A stretch of 33,235 bases of DNA from Candidatus Woesearchaeota archaeon (lineage in GTDB: Archaea; Nanobdellota; Nanobdellia; Woesearchaeales; UBA10107), in the NCBI GenBank assembly GCA_013331965.1, contig DUFL01000051.1, positions 1 to 33,235 on the forward strand, written 5' to 3'. Each line of letters starts with the position of its first letter. Position 1 is the first letter of the stretch. The position numbers and the translations under genes are program-made. This document shows positions 7,346-16,427 of this stretch, one piece after another. Below the pieces are notes generated by a model. It ran no database searches. It worked only from the letters and a program-made list of their open reading frames with translations, and had not been told where the DNA came from.

Positions 7346-8296
7346 TCATGCAACAGCCACCTTTTCTGATTTCTTGGCTCTCGATAATGCCTGCTCCAAT
7401 GAGCTTTCTGCTTTTTCAATTAATCTTATTAAATAATTTACAGATCTTTCTTCACTTTCCAATGAGCCTCTTGCCGATTCAAGAATTGCACTTATTTTGT
7501 CTGCAAATTCCCTTTCGTGAGTTCTTGGAAGATTAATCTCAGCAACAGCATTTGTTATAGTATCTGCCGATTTATTCCCGTATTTAACCAGAATATAACT
7601 GAATATATACATATCGGTTATTACTTTTTTGAAGACCTTGCTGTACTCTTTGTTTAATTTTAAAATTTCACGAATATCTTCCGGCCTTCTTGCTTTTCTT
7701 TCCGCCTTAGTTAGTCTTTTTTCGACTCTGTATGTTGCATTTACCAAACTTCTTTCTTTGAACCATTCAAAATATGGGCGAAGTACTGCAATTAACCCGC
7801 CTAATTCATATGATTCGAGCTGCCTGTCTATCTGTCCGAATAACGGAGTGACTCCTCCTTTTGTTCCTCTGACAACTCCGTTCACATATTCATAGCACTG
7901 CTTCAAAGTTGCTCTTATGCTGTCTAAAAATTCTTTGTATATTCTTATCTGATCTGAGTCAAGCAATGCTCCGTGTTTTTGGAAGAAAACAATTGTTTCT
8001 AAAAGCTCTTCTTTTAATAAAATAAATTCTTCTGTCTTTACATCGTGCGTTTCCTGAAGTCCTTCGCGAAGGCCGGCTACAATTTCAGAAGCTCTTTCTC
8101 TGACTAGATTTATCTCGTGATTTTTTATTAATTTTAACAATAATCTGTAATTATGATGGATCGCATTTTTTTCATGAACCGCTTTAGAAGCCTCTTTCCT
8201 CGCAGTTCTTCTTTGTATAAATCTTAATGTTTCAGCCTTTCCGATAATCCCCTGTCCAGAATAGTCTATTGTCAGATTATTGGTTCCTTCGGCCAT
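7346..8296 (-). CDS. all-helical hypothetical protein, 316 aa
   Basis: Long uninterrupted ORF. GAGGT SD and gtttataaag TATA upstream. No motif I recognise. Confidence 0.7.
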   Translation of the reverse strand: MAEGTNNLTIDYSGQGIIGKAETLRFIQRRTARKEASKAVHEKNAIHHNYRLLLKLIKNHEINLVRERASEIVAGLREGLQETHDVKTEEFILLKEELLETIVFFQKHGALLDSDQIRIYKEFLDSIRATLKQCYEYVNGVVRGTKGGVTPLFGQIDRQLESYELGGLIAVLRPYFEWFKERSLVNATYRVEKRLTKAERKARRPEDIREILKLNKEYSKVFKKVITDMYIFSYILVKYGNKSADTITNAVAEINLPRTHEREFADKISAILESARGSLESEERSVNYLIRLIEKAESSLEQALSRAKKSEKVAVA

Positions 8297-8380
8297 GTCT
8301 AAACCTCTTTCTCATTCTTAGGCAAAGGCTCTTTATAAACATTTCGGGGGTTTAAAGGCTTATGGAGCTGTTTTAAGTTG

Positions 8381-8420
8381 TAGTTACTTAGTAGTGGTTA
8401 AAAATAGAAAGGTTTATATA
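8381..8420 (+). promoter_or_regulatory. shared promoter cassette copy 1 (imperfect palindrome + BRE/TATA)
   Basis: tagttacttagtagtggttaaaaatagaaaggtttatata. The ATG at 8443 lies about 25 nt downstream of the TATA. Confidence 0.7.
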
Positions 8421-8442
8421 TTACTGAGCTTTGAATGGCAGC

Positions 8443-9564
8443 ATGTCAGGATTATCTAAGTCAGCAATAGCATTGGCATCTTTGCTAGCTACGGCCGGAT
8501 GTGCAGGAAATAAAGTTAAACCAAATGATATTCAACCAGCAGTTCAATCTGCTCCAAAAATTAAGGTTCTTCCTTTGTCAGTCAGAACAGCAGCAGAACA
8601 TAAACATTTCGAAGATATTACAAAAAACTATTGTATTGTTTATACGGATTCAAATGGTGCACATAAAATAGAGTTTTCTTCAACAACAACCGCAGAAGGG
8701 AATCTGAGAATAGCAGAAAATTATTCAGACTTAACGCAGCTGGTTAGTGAATCATATCCGGGGCAATTAAATCCCCCAAAAGTTTTTGCAAGTAAACCTA
8801 GTGAATATTTTTTTACAGATGTAGATAACAAAAATATTTACAAGTATTCTGCATCAAAAGATCAAAAAGAAATAGGTTTAGACCTTATCGCATCAAATAT
8901 TGACCTGGGATGTTATGATTTTGTTGGGGATACTATTATTTTTATAACTAAGGATGGTAAATCCATTAAAAAATTAAATAGCGATGGTTCGCATGAAACC
9001 GAGCTTTTTGCCGGAGAGACAGTTACTTTTAACGATTTAGTAATTTCTCCAAGCCAAAAAAGAGTAATTTTTACAAAATCACCGGTCAGCAGAGGAGGAT
9101 CATTGTCGATTTTCAATAATGCAGCATATTATGTTATGGATTTAGAAGGAGACAACAATTCCAAGCCCATGAAACTTGGATTTGAAGGATTATTCGGGGA
9201 ATATGATCAATCATCCGGGCCGCAAAATGTTTCGTTCTTGATGAAAACAGACAACGGAAGATCTTCTTTAGAAAATAAGATATTATTCACATATAGATAC
9301 CCGACTGCAAAAGGAAATAATCTTTATTCTGTTGAACTCGGTGAATTCTTGAGAGATTGCGGTTGCATCCCTCTTAAAAAAGAAACATTAAAAAGGATTA
9401 CTTCGGATGATGCACCGATAACTTACGCAAAACAAGTAAAAGATAATAGCGATTATATTATCTATGTGCAGGATGGAAAACTTTTCTTGGCGAAAGATAA
9501 CGATAGATTTCTTTTGTTAGAACAAAGATTTAATGGTTCAGAACCTCTGCTCGTAAAAAAATAA
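8443..9564 (+). CDS. secreted lipoprotein-like beta-propeller (TolB/PD40-like) protein
   Basis: MSGLSKSAIALASLLATAGCAGN is a signal peptide with a lipobox-like AGC. Repeated DG-x-x-(I/L)-x-F type strands (KDGKSIKKLNSDGSHETELF, SPSQKRVIFT). Start moved from TTG 8431 to ATG 8443 (leaderless spacing from TATA). Confidence 0.7.
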   Translation: MSGLSKSAIALASLLATAGCAGNKVKPNDIQPAVQSAPKIKVLPLSVRTAAEHKHFEDITKNYCIVYTDSNGAHKIEFSSTTTAEGNLRIAENYSDLTQLVSESYPGQLNPPKVFASKPSEYFFTDVDNKNIYKYSASKDQKEIGLDLIASNIDLGCYDFVGDTIIFITKDGKSIKKLNSDGSHETELFAGETVTFNDLVISPSQKRVIFTKSPVSRGGSLSIFNNAAYYVMDLEGDNNSKPMKLGFEGLFGEYDQSSGPQNVSFLMKTDNGRSSLENKILFTYRYPTAKGNNLYSVELGEFLRDCGCIPLKKETLKRITSDDAPITYAKQVKDNSDYIIYVQDGKLFLAKDNDRFLLLEQRFNGSEPLLVKK

Positions 9565-9578
9565 ATTAAAAATTAATT

Positions 9579-10223
9579 TTATTGATAATAACCTGCTTTC
9601 TTTAATAATTCCATATACTTCTGCCGTTTAACTGCCAAATTCTTTTGAATTCTATTAGATTTTTCTCCAAATGATTTTGCTTCAGCAGGGTGATTTCTCA
9701 GATATGCAAATGCCGCAATAGTTAACTGTTTATCTATGCTTTCAAACATATAGGGCCTAATCTTACCGGCTTTTGCAAGAGTTATTATCTCATTTTCAAG
9801 GTCAGAACCAATTGTTTCTTTTTCCATTAAATCGCTCCATGTCTTCTCTGCTAGTTGTTCAACGAGTGCACTTTCTTCAGCGTTCATCTGAATATTGTCC
9901 GAATTCACTTCTTTCTCTTTGTTTTCTCTTTCGTATTTAGAAATAATTGCACTAAGCTCTTTTTTACCGTAGTTATAGCATACATTTAATGCAGGATAAG
10001 CAAACATTAACGCCCCTGTTGCCATAAAAACCCTAAATCCGTTCTTTTCAATTTTTGTCCTTCTTGGTTCTTTTTGGATGTGCTTATCTAATCCTCTTAG
10101 ATATGATTGCGCTCCGTCGTATACATTTCTTGAAATATCAACTGCAACATTATGCGTCTTAGAATTTTTAATGACATCTAAAATTTCAGACAGTTTGGTT
10201 TTCAATTTTAGAAATTTTATCAT
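9579..10223 (-). CDS. hypothetical protein, 214 aa (last gene of the cluster)
   Basis: ATGA overlap with the upstream gene. One central hydrophobic segment (FRVFMATGALMFAYPALNV). Helical K/E-rich remainder. Confidence 0.7.
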   Translation of the reverse strand: MIKFLKLKTKLSEILDVIKNSKTHNVAVDISRNVYDGAQSYLRGLDKHIQKEPRRTKIEKNGFRVFMATGALMFAYPALNVCYNYGKKELSAIISKYERENKEKEVNSDNIQMNAEESALVEQLAEKTWSDLMEKETIGSDLENEIITLAKAGKIRPYMFESIDKQLTIAAFAYLRNHPAEAKSFGEKSNRIQKNLAVKRQKYMELLKKAGYYQ

Positions 10224-10774
10224 TTTTGATTTGCCATATTCTGAAGAAGACCTTCCAATGCTTTTTCTGATCCAGATTTTTTTGCCTTTGAAACCGGAGC
10301 AGAACTTTGTTCTTTCTTGTCTTTTTTTGCTTCTCCATACAGTGCTTTATTTAACTCATCTTCAACTCTTCCTGTTTCAGATCTGCTATATGACAAATTT
10401 TCTAATCCACTTTTTAATTTACGTGTCCTTACTCCTTTTGGTGTAAAATAATCTTTTGCAAGACTTCTTCCCTGTTCTGTTTCATCCTTTACAGCTTCTC
10501 TTACTCCTCTGGCTGCACCAAGAAGACCTCTTGCAACTCCTCCAACGATATTTTTAGTTAAGTCTTCAATATATTTTTCATCTTCTGCAATTTTATCGGC
10601 AGTACCTCCTCCCTTTGCTTTCTTCTTATCTTTCTCTGTCTCTTGCTGAGCTATTACTTCCTGTTGCTTTTCTTTTTTTGTTTTTTTCGCGTAACAATAA
10701 TTCGGAAACATAGCCGCGGATATCCCTGCAGCTAGAAAAACGGCATATGTTGTTTTCTTAAATAAATTATACAT
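10220..10774 (-). CDS. secreted K/E-rich low-complexity protein, 184 aa
   Basis: Signal peptide TYAVFLAAGISAAMFPNYCYA. ATG lies 1 nt after the upstream stop, with a GGAGAAAC SD. Confidence 0.7.
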   Translation of the reverse strand: MYNLFKKTTYAVFLAAGISAAMFPNYCYAKKTKKEKQQEVIAQQETEKDKKKAKGGGTADKIAEDEKYIEDLTKNIVGGVARGLLGAARGVREAVKDETEQGRSLAKDYFTPKGVRTRKLKSGLENLSYSRSETGRVEDELNKALYGEAKKDKKEQSSAPVSKAKKSGSEKALEGLLQNMANQK

Positions 10775-10775
10775 T

Positions 10776-11261
10776 TTAGTTTCTCCTTTCTAATCTTTTT
10801 AAAGCTATTTCCAATTCAGATTCTTTCTTTTTAATATCATCAAGGTAGATTTTGGCCTGTTCTAGATATTCTCTTCTTTTAATATCGTCTTTGGTGTTTT
10901 TAGCTTTATCTAATAAAATTTCAGCAGAAGAGCGTTCTCCTGAAATAATTACCGGATAATGTTCAGCCATATGAACCCACATTTTTGTTGTGACCCATTC
11001 TTTAGCACTAAAATAAACAGGATTATTTGATGGTCCAAATTTAATAACTTCAACGAACAAATTTTCAGCCTTTTTATAATTGTAGTCCGAAACCGCTAAA
11101 ACTCCTTTTTCATAGTTAATTTTAGGTAAATTTGAAAAAATATGACCTTCTGCAGGTCTTGAAGGATAATCAGTTTTAGTTAGTATTCTATCCAATAATC
11201 CTGCGTTTGCAGGAGCCGCTACAAACAACCATAATGCTAAATTCGGAAGTAGGTTTTTCAT
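10776..11261 (-). CDS. secreted TPR-like domain protein (paralog of the C-terminal domain of the 341-aa protein)
   Basis: MKNLLPNLALWLFVAAPANA signal peptide. Shares AEHYPxIxSxERSxAE, DIKRR and LEQAxxYxxDxKKKES blocks with 13443-14468. Start moved to the ATG at 11261, about 25 nt downstream of the TATA at 11281-11290. Confidence 0.75.
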   Translation of the reverse strand: MKNLLPNLALWLFVAAPANAGLLDRILTKTDYPSRPAEGHIFSNLPKINYEKGVLAVSDYNYKKAENLFVEVIKFGPSNNPVYFSAKEWVTTKMWVHMAEHYPVIISGERSSAEILLDKAKNTKDDIKRREYLEQAKIYLDDIKKKESELEIALKRLERRN

Positions 11262-11280
11262 GGGTCTACTCATATTCACT

Positions 11281-11320
11281 TATATATAAACCTTTCGTTT
11301 ATTTACTACTCATAAGTGAC
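11281..11320 (-). promoter_or_regulatory. shared promoter cassette copy 4 (internal promoter of the cluster)
   Basis: Minus strand reads gtcacttatgagtagtaaataaacgaaaggtttatata. Confidence 0.6.
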
Positions 11321-13099
11321 TTATTTTACGTATTTCTCCCCTTGATAAGCATTTTCTATTGCCTCAGCAATTCTCTGCCTTAATCTTGTTAGTTTACGGA
11401 TTATTTCATTATATTCAGATTTTGTTATTACCTGCGGAAGATTTGCCTCATTAATTAATTCTTGAATCTTCCTTGCTAATTCTTCGTATTCAACTGCATC
11501 ACTAAACCAATCATACAGCTCAGATTTGCCTCCTTTCTCTTTAACCATCTCAAATACTGCTTCATTTTGCAATGATTGTTTTGCAAACAATGAAATGTGG
11601 GCAGGCATTATTCTTTTCTTAAGCTCAAACGGACTTATTATCTCATCTCCGCTAGGATATCCCTGAGACTTGACGGGTAATGGCCATTTTGCTTTTTCTG
11701 CTGAAAATAATCTTCTTCTCTGCGCAAAATTGCGAACTTCGATCATGCTTTTTATCGCTTCTTTTTGTTTTTCACTTATTTTTTGTTCTATTCCTCCAAG
11801 CAATTCGTTCATTTCTTTTACTTTTTTAGCCAGTTCTTTTCCTTCTTTGGAGTTTTCATCTACTTTTTCTACACATATCTTTATTATTTCTAAATCTTCA
11901 ATCAATGTTTTTCCTCTAACTCTGCCCGTACTTAAATCAGACAGCGCGGATTTTAATCGTCCTATTAATTTTTCATCAAGTTTTAGCAATCCTTTTATTT
12001 TTCTTATATTATTCCCGAGTTCATTTATATGCGGATAGTAATTTGTATTAATCAGTTCAACTTCTATTCTTAAATTATTTTTAATTTTATCCACTTCATC
12101 TTGAATATCTTTTGCAGCATAACTTATGGTTCTTCCTGCAAACATTTTCTTTAAAGCTTCTAACTTTTCAGTGTCTTTTCTATATGATTTAATGAGAGAT
12201 GTTCCAAATCCTGATTCAAATTCTGAAAGAAAAGCCAGATATTTTTTAACATCTTCTTTCACAACTTCGTCTGTGTTTTCGAGTATTTTAAATTCTGTAT
12301 TCAACCACACCTTCAAGAGATCTCTTGTTGCCTGCTCATTTAATTTTGCTGGTTCTATTTTTCCATTTATCTTTAGCATCTCGATTAGTTCGTTAAATTT
12401 CTGTTGATTTTGATTTACTGCAGTTTCCCTATCCCCGAAATGTTTTTCGATAAATTCCTCTATCTTTTTCTTCTCCATAAGTTTTTTTGGATTAAATTTA
12501 TTTAGAGTTTCAAGCAAGTCTTCTTTTGTTTTTTTAGCAATCCATCCAAATAATCCGGATCCAAAAAATGATTTCCAGTTTCTTGCATCAGGGTTTATAC
12601 TCATTCTGAATAGATTAAATAGCAATAAAAATAAAAGAACATAAATCGGATATGCTACATACCAAGGAAACCCGGATGAAGCGTAAAGTATTGGTTTTTT
12701 ATGAACATTAATATCAAACAAACTTGCAGGTATTGCACTTTCTTTCTTTTTTAATATCTCTTGTATTGCTTCATCATTTAAATTGTATTTTTTAATGGCA
12801 TTTTTTAATGAGGCTCTGACCTCTTTATCTAATTTAACAATCTCCGGGAAATTTGAAGGATTTAGTTCTTTCAATTTGGTGGTTTGCGATTTCATTAATT
12901 TTGCCACAGCTAAAGTAAGTGCGGCGGTATATTCTCCATCGATGAAATTCGGATCACTCATAACGCCGGCAAAAGGTTTTTCTATATTCGCTATGTAGGC
13001 TTCTGCTTTTTTATATTCCGGAGTGTCTTTCGCGGCAAAAGCCAGACTTATATTAAAGAATAAGACAATAATGAATATTGAGGCAATTTTTCTATTCAT
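11321..13099 (-). CDS. signal-peptide / single-TM protein with about 400-aa cytoplasmic coiled coil, 592 aa
   Basis: Signal peptide IASIFIIVLFFNISLAFA. TM WYVAYPIYVLLFLLLFNLF followed by RMSIN. Long E/K heptad region. ATGA overlap with the upstream gene. Confidence 0.8.
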   Translation of the reverse strand: MNRKIASIFIIVLFFNISLAFAAKDTPEYKKAEAYIANIEKPFAGVMSDPNFIDGEYTAALTLAVAKLMKSQTTKLKELNPSNFPEIVKLDKEVRASLKNAIKKYNLNDEAIQEILKKKESAIPASLFDINVHKKPILYASSGFPWYVAYPIYVLLFLLLFNLFRMSINPDARNWKSFFGSGLFGWIAKKTKEDLLETLNKFNPKKLMEKKKIEEFIEKHFGDRETAVNQNQQKFNELIEMLKINGKIEPAKLNEQATRDLLKVWLNTEFKILENTDEVVKEDVKKYLAFLSEFESGFGTSLIKSYRKDTEKLEALKKMFAGRTISYAAKDIQDEVDKIKNNLRIEVELINTNYYPHINELGNNIRKIKGLLKLDEKLIGRLKSALSDLSTGRVRGKTLIEDLEIIKICVEKVDENSKEGKELAKKVKEMNELLGGIEQKISEKQKEAIKSMIEVRNFAQRRRLFSAEKAKWPLPVKSQGYPSGDEIISPFELKKRIMPAHISLFAKQSLQNEAVFEMVKEKGGKSELYDWFSDAVEYEELARKIQELINEANLPQVITKSEYNEIIRKLTRLRQRIAEAIENAYQGEKYVK

Positions 13100-13446
13100 A
13101 TTCTCGTTGCCTCCATTTTTTTAAGCATATCTTCCAAAATTTTTGCTGAACTTGAACCGGATATTTTCCCAGTTTTAATGTCTCTTAATTTATCCAACTC
13201 AATTTGGAGCAGTTCTGCTTCTTTCCTTATTTTTCTAGCTTCTGAAAGAGACTTCGAATATGGGGTTGTCTGTAATTCTCCTTGTTTTCCTGAGAATATT
13301 TTTCCAAGACTTGAAATTAAATTTGAATTTTGCATGATATCATCTATGAAAGTTTTTACGCTTTCTGGAGATGCATCATTGGGAAAAGCTTGGGCTAATA
13401 AAATCATCACTAAAGTCATTAGTACTGAAATTATTATTTTTCTCAT
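13096..13446 (-). CDS. small secreted protein, 116 aa
   Basis: Signal peptide IIISVLMTLVMILLAQA. ATGA overlaps at both ends. Confidence 0.75.
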   Translation of the reverse strand: MRKIIISVLMTLVMILLAQAFPNDASPESVKTFIDDIMQNSNLISSLGKIFSGKQGELQTTPYSKSLSEARKIRKEAELLQIELDKLRDIKTGKISGSSSAKILEDMLKKMEATRI

Positions 13447-14468
13447 TGCACTTCCCTCAGTTTAAATTGCTCCGTCAGGAAACTTTCCTTCTTTTTAACA
13501 TCGTTTATATACGCCTGTGCCTGCTCAAGAAGCTCTATCCTTTTTGATCTTCTCTTAATATCAGGGTCATCTGCAGCGATTTCCCTTACCTGATCAATCA
13601 AATGTTCTGCAGCAGAACGCTCCGCTGACATTATTGCTGGATAATGCTCTGCAATTAATATGAACAATTTATCACCTTGATCTCTGCTTATGTATTTAGT
13701 TGCAGTTGCGAAATAAGGGTTTCCGGATGCTCCAAAACGGATTATTTTTTCAAAATAAGTTTTTGCTTTGTCATACTCGTAATTTTGTATGGCTTCGATA
13801 GCTAATTTATAGTTTGTTTCCGGATTGTTTGTTTCTATTGTTCCGCCGCCTGCTACTAATCTAGATGAGAATTCAGATTTTCGTTCTGTATCAAATACCC
13901 CTCCTAACAAACTTGGAGATTTGCCTTCGGCTAAATTAAATGTATTAACAATCAGCCAACTAAGCATAATTGCAGCCAGTAACGCAGGCAAAAATCCTAT
14001 GTACGGCTTATTCTCTCTATTTTTTGGCATTTGGATCAAAAATATAAAAAGAGGAACCATCAGTATCGTAAGTATGTTTATTCCATATGGAACTATTTTT
14101 CCAAACGAAAAGCCAGACGAGAGGATTCCTATTGTCAAAGCAATTGCCACTGCAAATGAAAGAAGATTTCTTTGTTTCTTTTCCATGTCTTTCCACATAT
14201 TGTTTATAGACATCCTTACAACTATGAAGAATATTACAAAGAAAATTATTCCATCTACAATTTTTCTTTGTGCATCATATTCTGGATTGAGTTCTTTTCC
14301 GACTGTCGTATAAGGCAGAAGCACAGTATTTTTTACTAAATTTCCTATCGCCTCCGATAATGCGCCGGATCGCAGGTTATCCCCAAATGCAGAAACAGGA
14401 TTTTGAGCTTCTGCTGAATATATCAAACAAAGAACAAGCAAAAATCCTAATATTGGTGCTTTATTCAT
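13443..14468 (-). CDS. signal-peptide, multi-TM protein with C-terminal TPR-like domain, 341 aa
   Basis: Signal peptide ILGFLLVLCLIYSAEA. About 4 TM helices (one followed by RMSIN). C-terminal domain paralogous to 10776-11261. Confidence 0.8.
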   Translation of the reverse strand: MNKAPILGFLLVLCLIYSAEAQNPVSAFGDNLRSGALSEAIGNLVKNTVLLPYTTVGKELNPEYDAQRKIVDGIIFFVIFFIVVRMSINNMWKDMEKKQRNLLSFAVAIALTIGILSSGFSFGKIVPYGINILTILMVPLFIFLIQMPKNRENKPYIGFLPALLAAIMLSWLIVNTFNLAEGKSPSLLGGVFDTERKSEFSSRLVAGGGTIETNNPETNYKLAIEAIQNYEYDKAKTYFEKIIRFGASGNPYFATATKYISRDQGDKLFILIAEHYPAIMSAERSAAEHLIDQVREIAADDPDIKRRSKRIELLEQAQAYINDVKKKESFLTEQFKLREVQ

Positions 14469-15226
14469 GCAAATTTCTCCTTCATTTTCTCTTCTTTTTT
14501 CTGTCTAAAAAATGATAATAGGGATTTTTTAATTTCCTGTATCATGCTTGTTTCTTTCTGGAAATCTTCTTTAATATTTTTTGCTTTTTGTTTTAATACT
14601 TCTATTGCTTCATTAAATCTTACTGCACGTTCCTGCAGTTTTTTGTTCTCAAGTATTCTTCCAAGGCATTTTGTTGCTTCCTTTTCAAGAACGGATAGAT
14701 TGTTTAAAGGTATTCCGTTTTTTGCGGAGTTCTCAATTGCAGTTTTTAGCGCAAAATCATATTCATCGTTCAAAATCATATTCTCCTTTTGTTTTTCATA
14801 AATTTTCCTAAGTTCTTCTATGATTTCAATAAGTCTATGCACTATTGCGTTCGCAATTCCTCTTATCATTTCATCTTCTTTCAGTATTTTTCTCATCTTT
14901 TGTTCGTATTCTTTTATCTCGATTTTAAGTTCCTTCATCCTTGCGTTTATGACATTTACAATGAGTTTTTCATTGTTAATTCCAGGATCTTCAAGCTTTC
15001 TCGCAAGAACAGAATCTACGTCTGCAGTTTTTCTTACCAGTTCACTTTTCTCTTTTCCCTCATAAATGAAATGACCTTTCTTTACTTCTTTCCTTTCACG
15101 TTTTTCCAACTCAAGACGTTTTCTTAATGTTTCCACTGCTGAAATAATTTTGTTGTTGTTTATGATTATGTCTGCTATTTTGAACGGATCATTCCAGCTC
15201 TTTTCCCAATTCAGCTCATTGTCCAA
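14465..15226 (-). CDS. soluble coiled-coil protein, 253 aa
   Basis: No hydrophobic segments; E/K/I/L heptad-rich. Likely TTG start preceded by GGAGGAG at about 8 nt. Overlaps the upstream gene by 11 nt. Confidence 0.7.
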   Translation of the reverse strand: MDNELNWEKSWNDPFKIADIIINNNKIISAVETLRKRLELEKRERKEVKKGHFIYEGKEKSELVRKTADVDSVLARKLEDPGINNEKLIVNVINARMKELKIEIKEYEQKMRKILKEDEMIRGIANAIVHRLIEIIEELRKIYEKQKENMILNDEYDFALKTAIENSAKNGIPLNNLSVLEKEATKCLGRILENKKLQERAVRFNEAIEVLKQKAKNIKEDFQKETSMIQEIKKSLLSFFRQKKEEKMKEKFA

Positions 15227-16427
15227 ATTCTTTCTCCTCCTTCCATTTCTTGCTCAGTTCTGCTATTGATTTTTTGATTGCTTTTTCTACATCTAACCGC
15301 TCTCCAAACTCTTCTTCCAATTCTTCAATTAATACTCTTTTGTCATCTTTGTGAGCGTCAAGCGTTTCAATTATCTTTTCTGAAATATAGTGCACATCTC
15401 CTCCGCTTTTTAATTGTCTTATTAACGAAATCAAATTTCCACGATAGTTTGCCAGTTTGTCATATTTCTCCCAAATATTTTGGACTGTTCTTTTTTCTTT
15501 GATTGTTGTAAATCTCGCCAATACAGGAACAAGGTTTTCCTCGTATTTTCTGCCAGTTTTCCATATTATTTTTTTGAAGAACTTTTTTATTCTTCCGCCA
15601 TATTTCCAGTCAAATATCAGTATAATTATCGCTATGATTATTTTAGATATTACTGAAAATATTTGCCAATCCTCTATTCCAAATAATAGTTTAATATACG
15701 CCTCCTCCCCCCTATCGAATGTAATGATGCTGGGATTTGTTGAACTAATTGAGAAAATCCTTTCAAGTGTTGAATTAATAAATATTTTAATCGCATTTAT
15801 AATATATGTGATTCCAGAACCAACTAATTTTGTTATCGCGTCCCTTACAAATGGCACATAGCTCAAAGCAATTATTCCAAGGACCCATTTAAGATTGGAC
15901 CACATAATTGATGCAACGTGTTTTCCACCTATAAGTAATCCAGCACCAACCATCGTAACAATTAATATTCCGGTTAAATATGGTTTAAGTATCAGCACAG
16001 GATTTATCGGGAAAATTTCTTCTAAATACAAATAATGCAACTCAATTGCCGCCAATATGAATAAAATAAGAATCAAGTTCTTTAATGTAAACATTCCTTT
16101 CATCCAGTCAAAGATAGATTTTAGTTCATTAATGATTTTGTCCCATGAACCCTCGATTAATGCAATCCTCAACCCTTCATCTTTTATTGCCCTCCATGTA
16201 AAATACGAGATAAAGAATATCATGAATAATTGATACATGGATCCTTTATCTAAATCTACACCGAAAATATAGTCGTAAATTCTCCATGGCCAATTCTTAA
16301 GAAGCTTTCCTATTTTTGAAACTGCCAGGGATAATATTGTTGATAATACCCATGATGTTCCTAGAATCATAATTACTAAAAAACCGTACCCTTTCAAACT
16401 CATTCCTCCTTTTTCGCCTTCAATCAT
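15216..16427 (-). CDS. polytopic membrane protein with C-terminal coiled coil, 403 aa
   Basis: About 6-8 hydrophobic helices, then a K/E-rich helical tail. TAATG stop/start overlap with the upstream gene. Confidence 0.8.
   Translation of the reverse strand: MIEGEKGGMSLKGYGFLVIMILGTSWVLSTILSLAVSKIGKLLKNWPWRIYDYIFGVDLDKGSMYQLFMIFFISYFTWRAIKDEGLRIALIEGSWDKIINELKSIFDWMKGMFTLKNLILILFILAAIELHYLYLEEIFPINPVLILKPYLTGILIVTMVGAGLLIGGKHVASIMWSNLKWVLGIIALSYVPFVRDAITKLVGSGITYIINAIKIFINSTLERIFSISSTNPSIITFDRGEEAYIKLLFGIEDWQIFSVISKIIIAIIILIFDWKYGGRIKKFFKKIIWKTGRKYEENLVPVLARFTTIKEKRTVQNIWEKYDKLANYRGNLISLIRQLKSGGDVHYISEKIIETLDAHKDDKRVLIEELEEEFGERLDVEKAIKKSIAELSKKWKEEKEFGQ

Noticed and set aside
11670-12407. 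+ strand ORFs antisense to the coiled-coil genes. The same applies to 12783-12998, 13178-13465, 13825-14313, 14544-15127, 15278-15861, 16506-16739, 17247-17744 and 17775-18164.
   Set aside because: These are F/S/L-rich shadow frames, the expected antisense translation of K/E-rich codons, and all lie fully inside longer coupled minus-strand genes.
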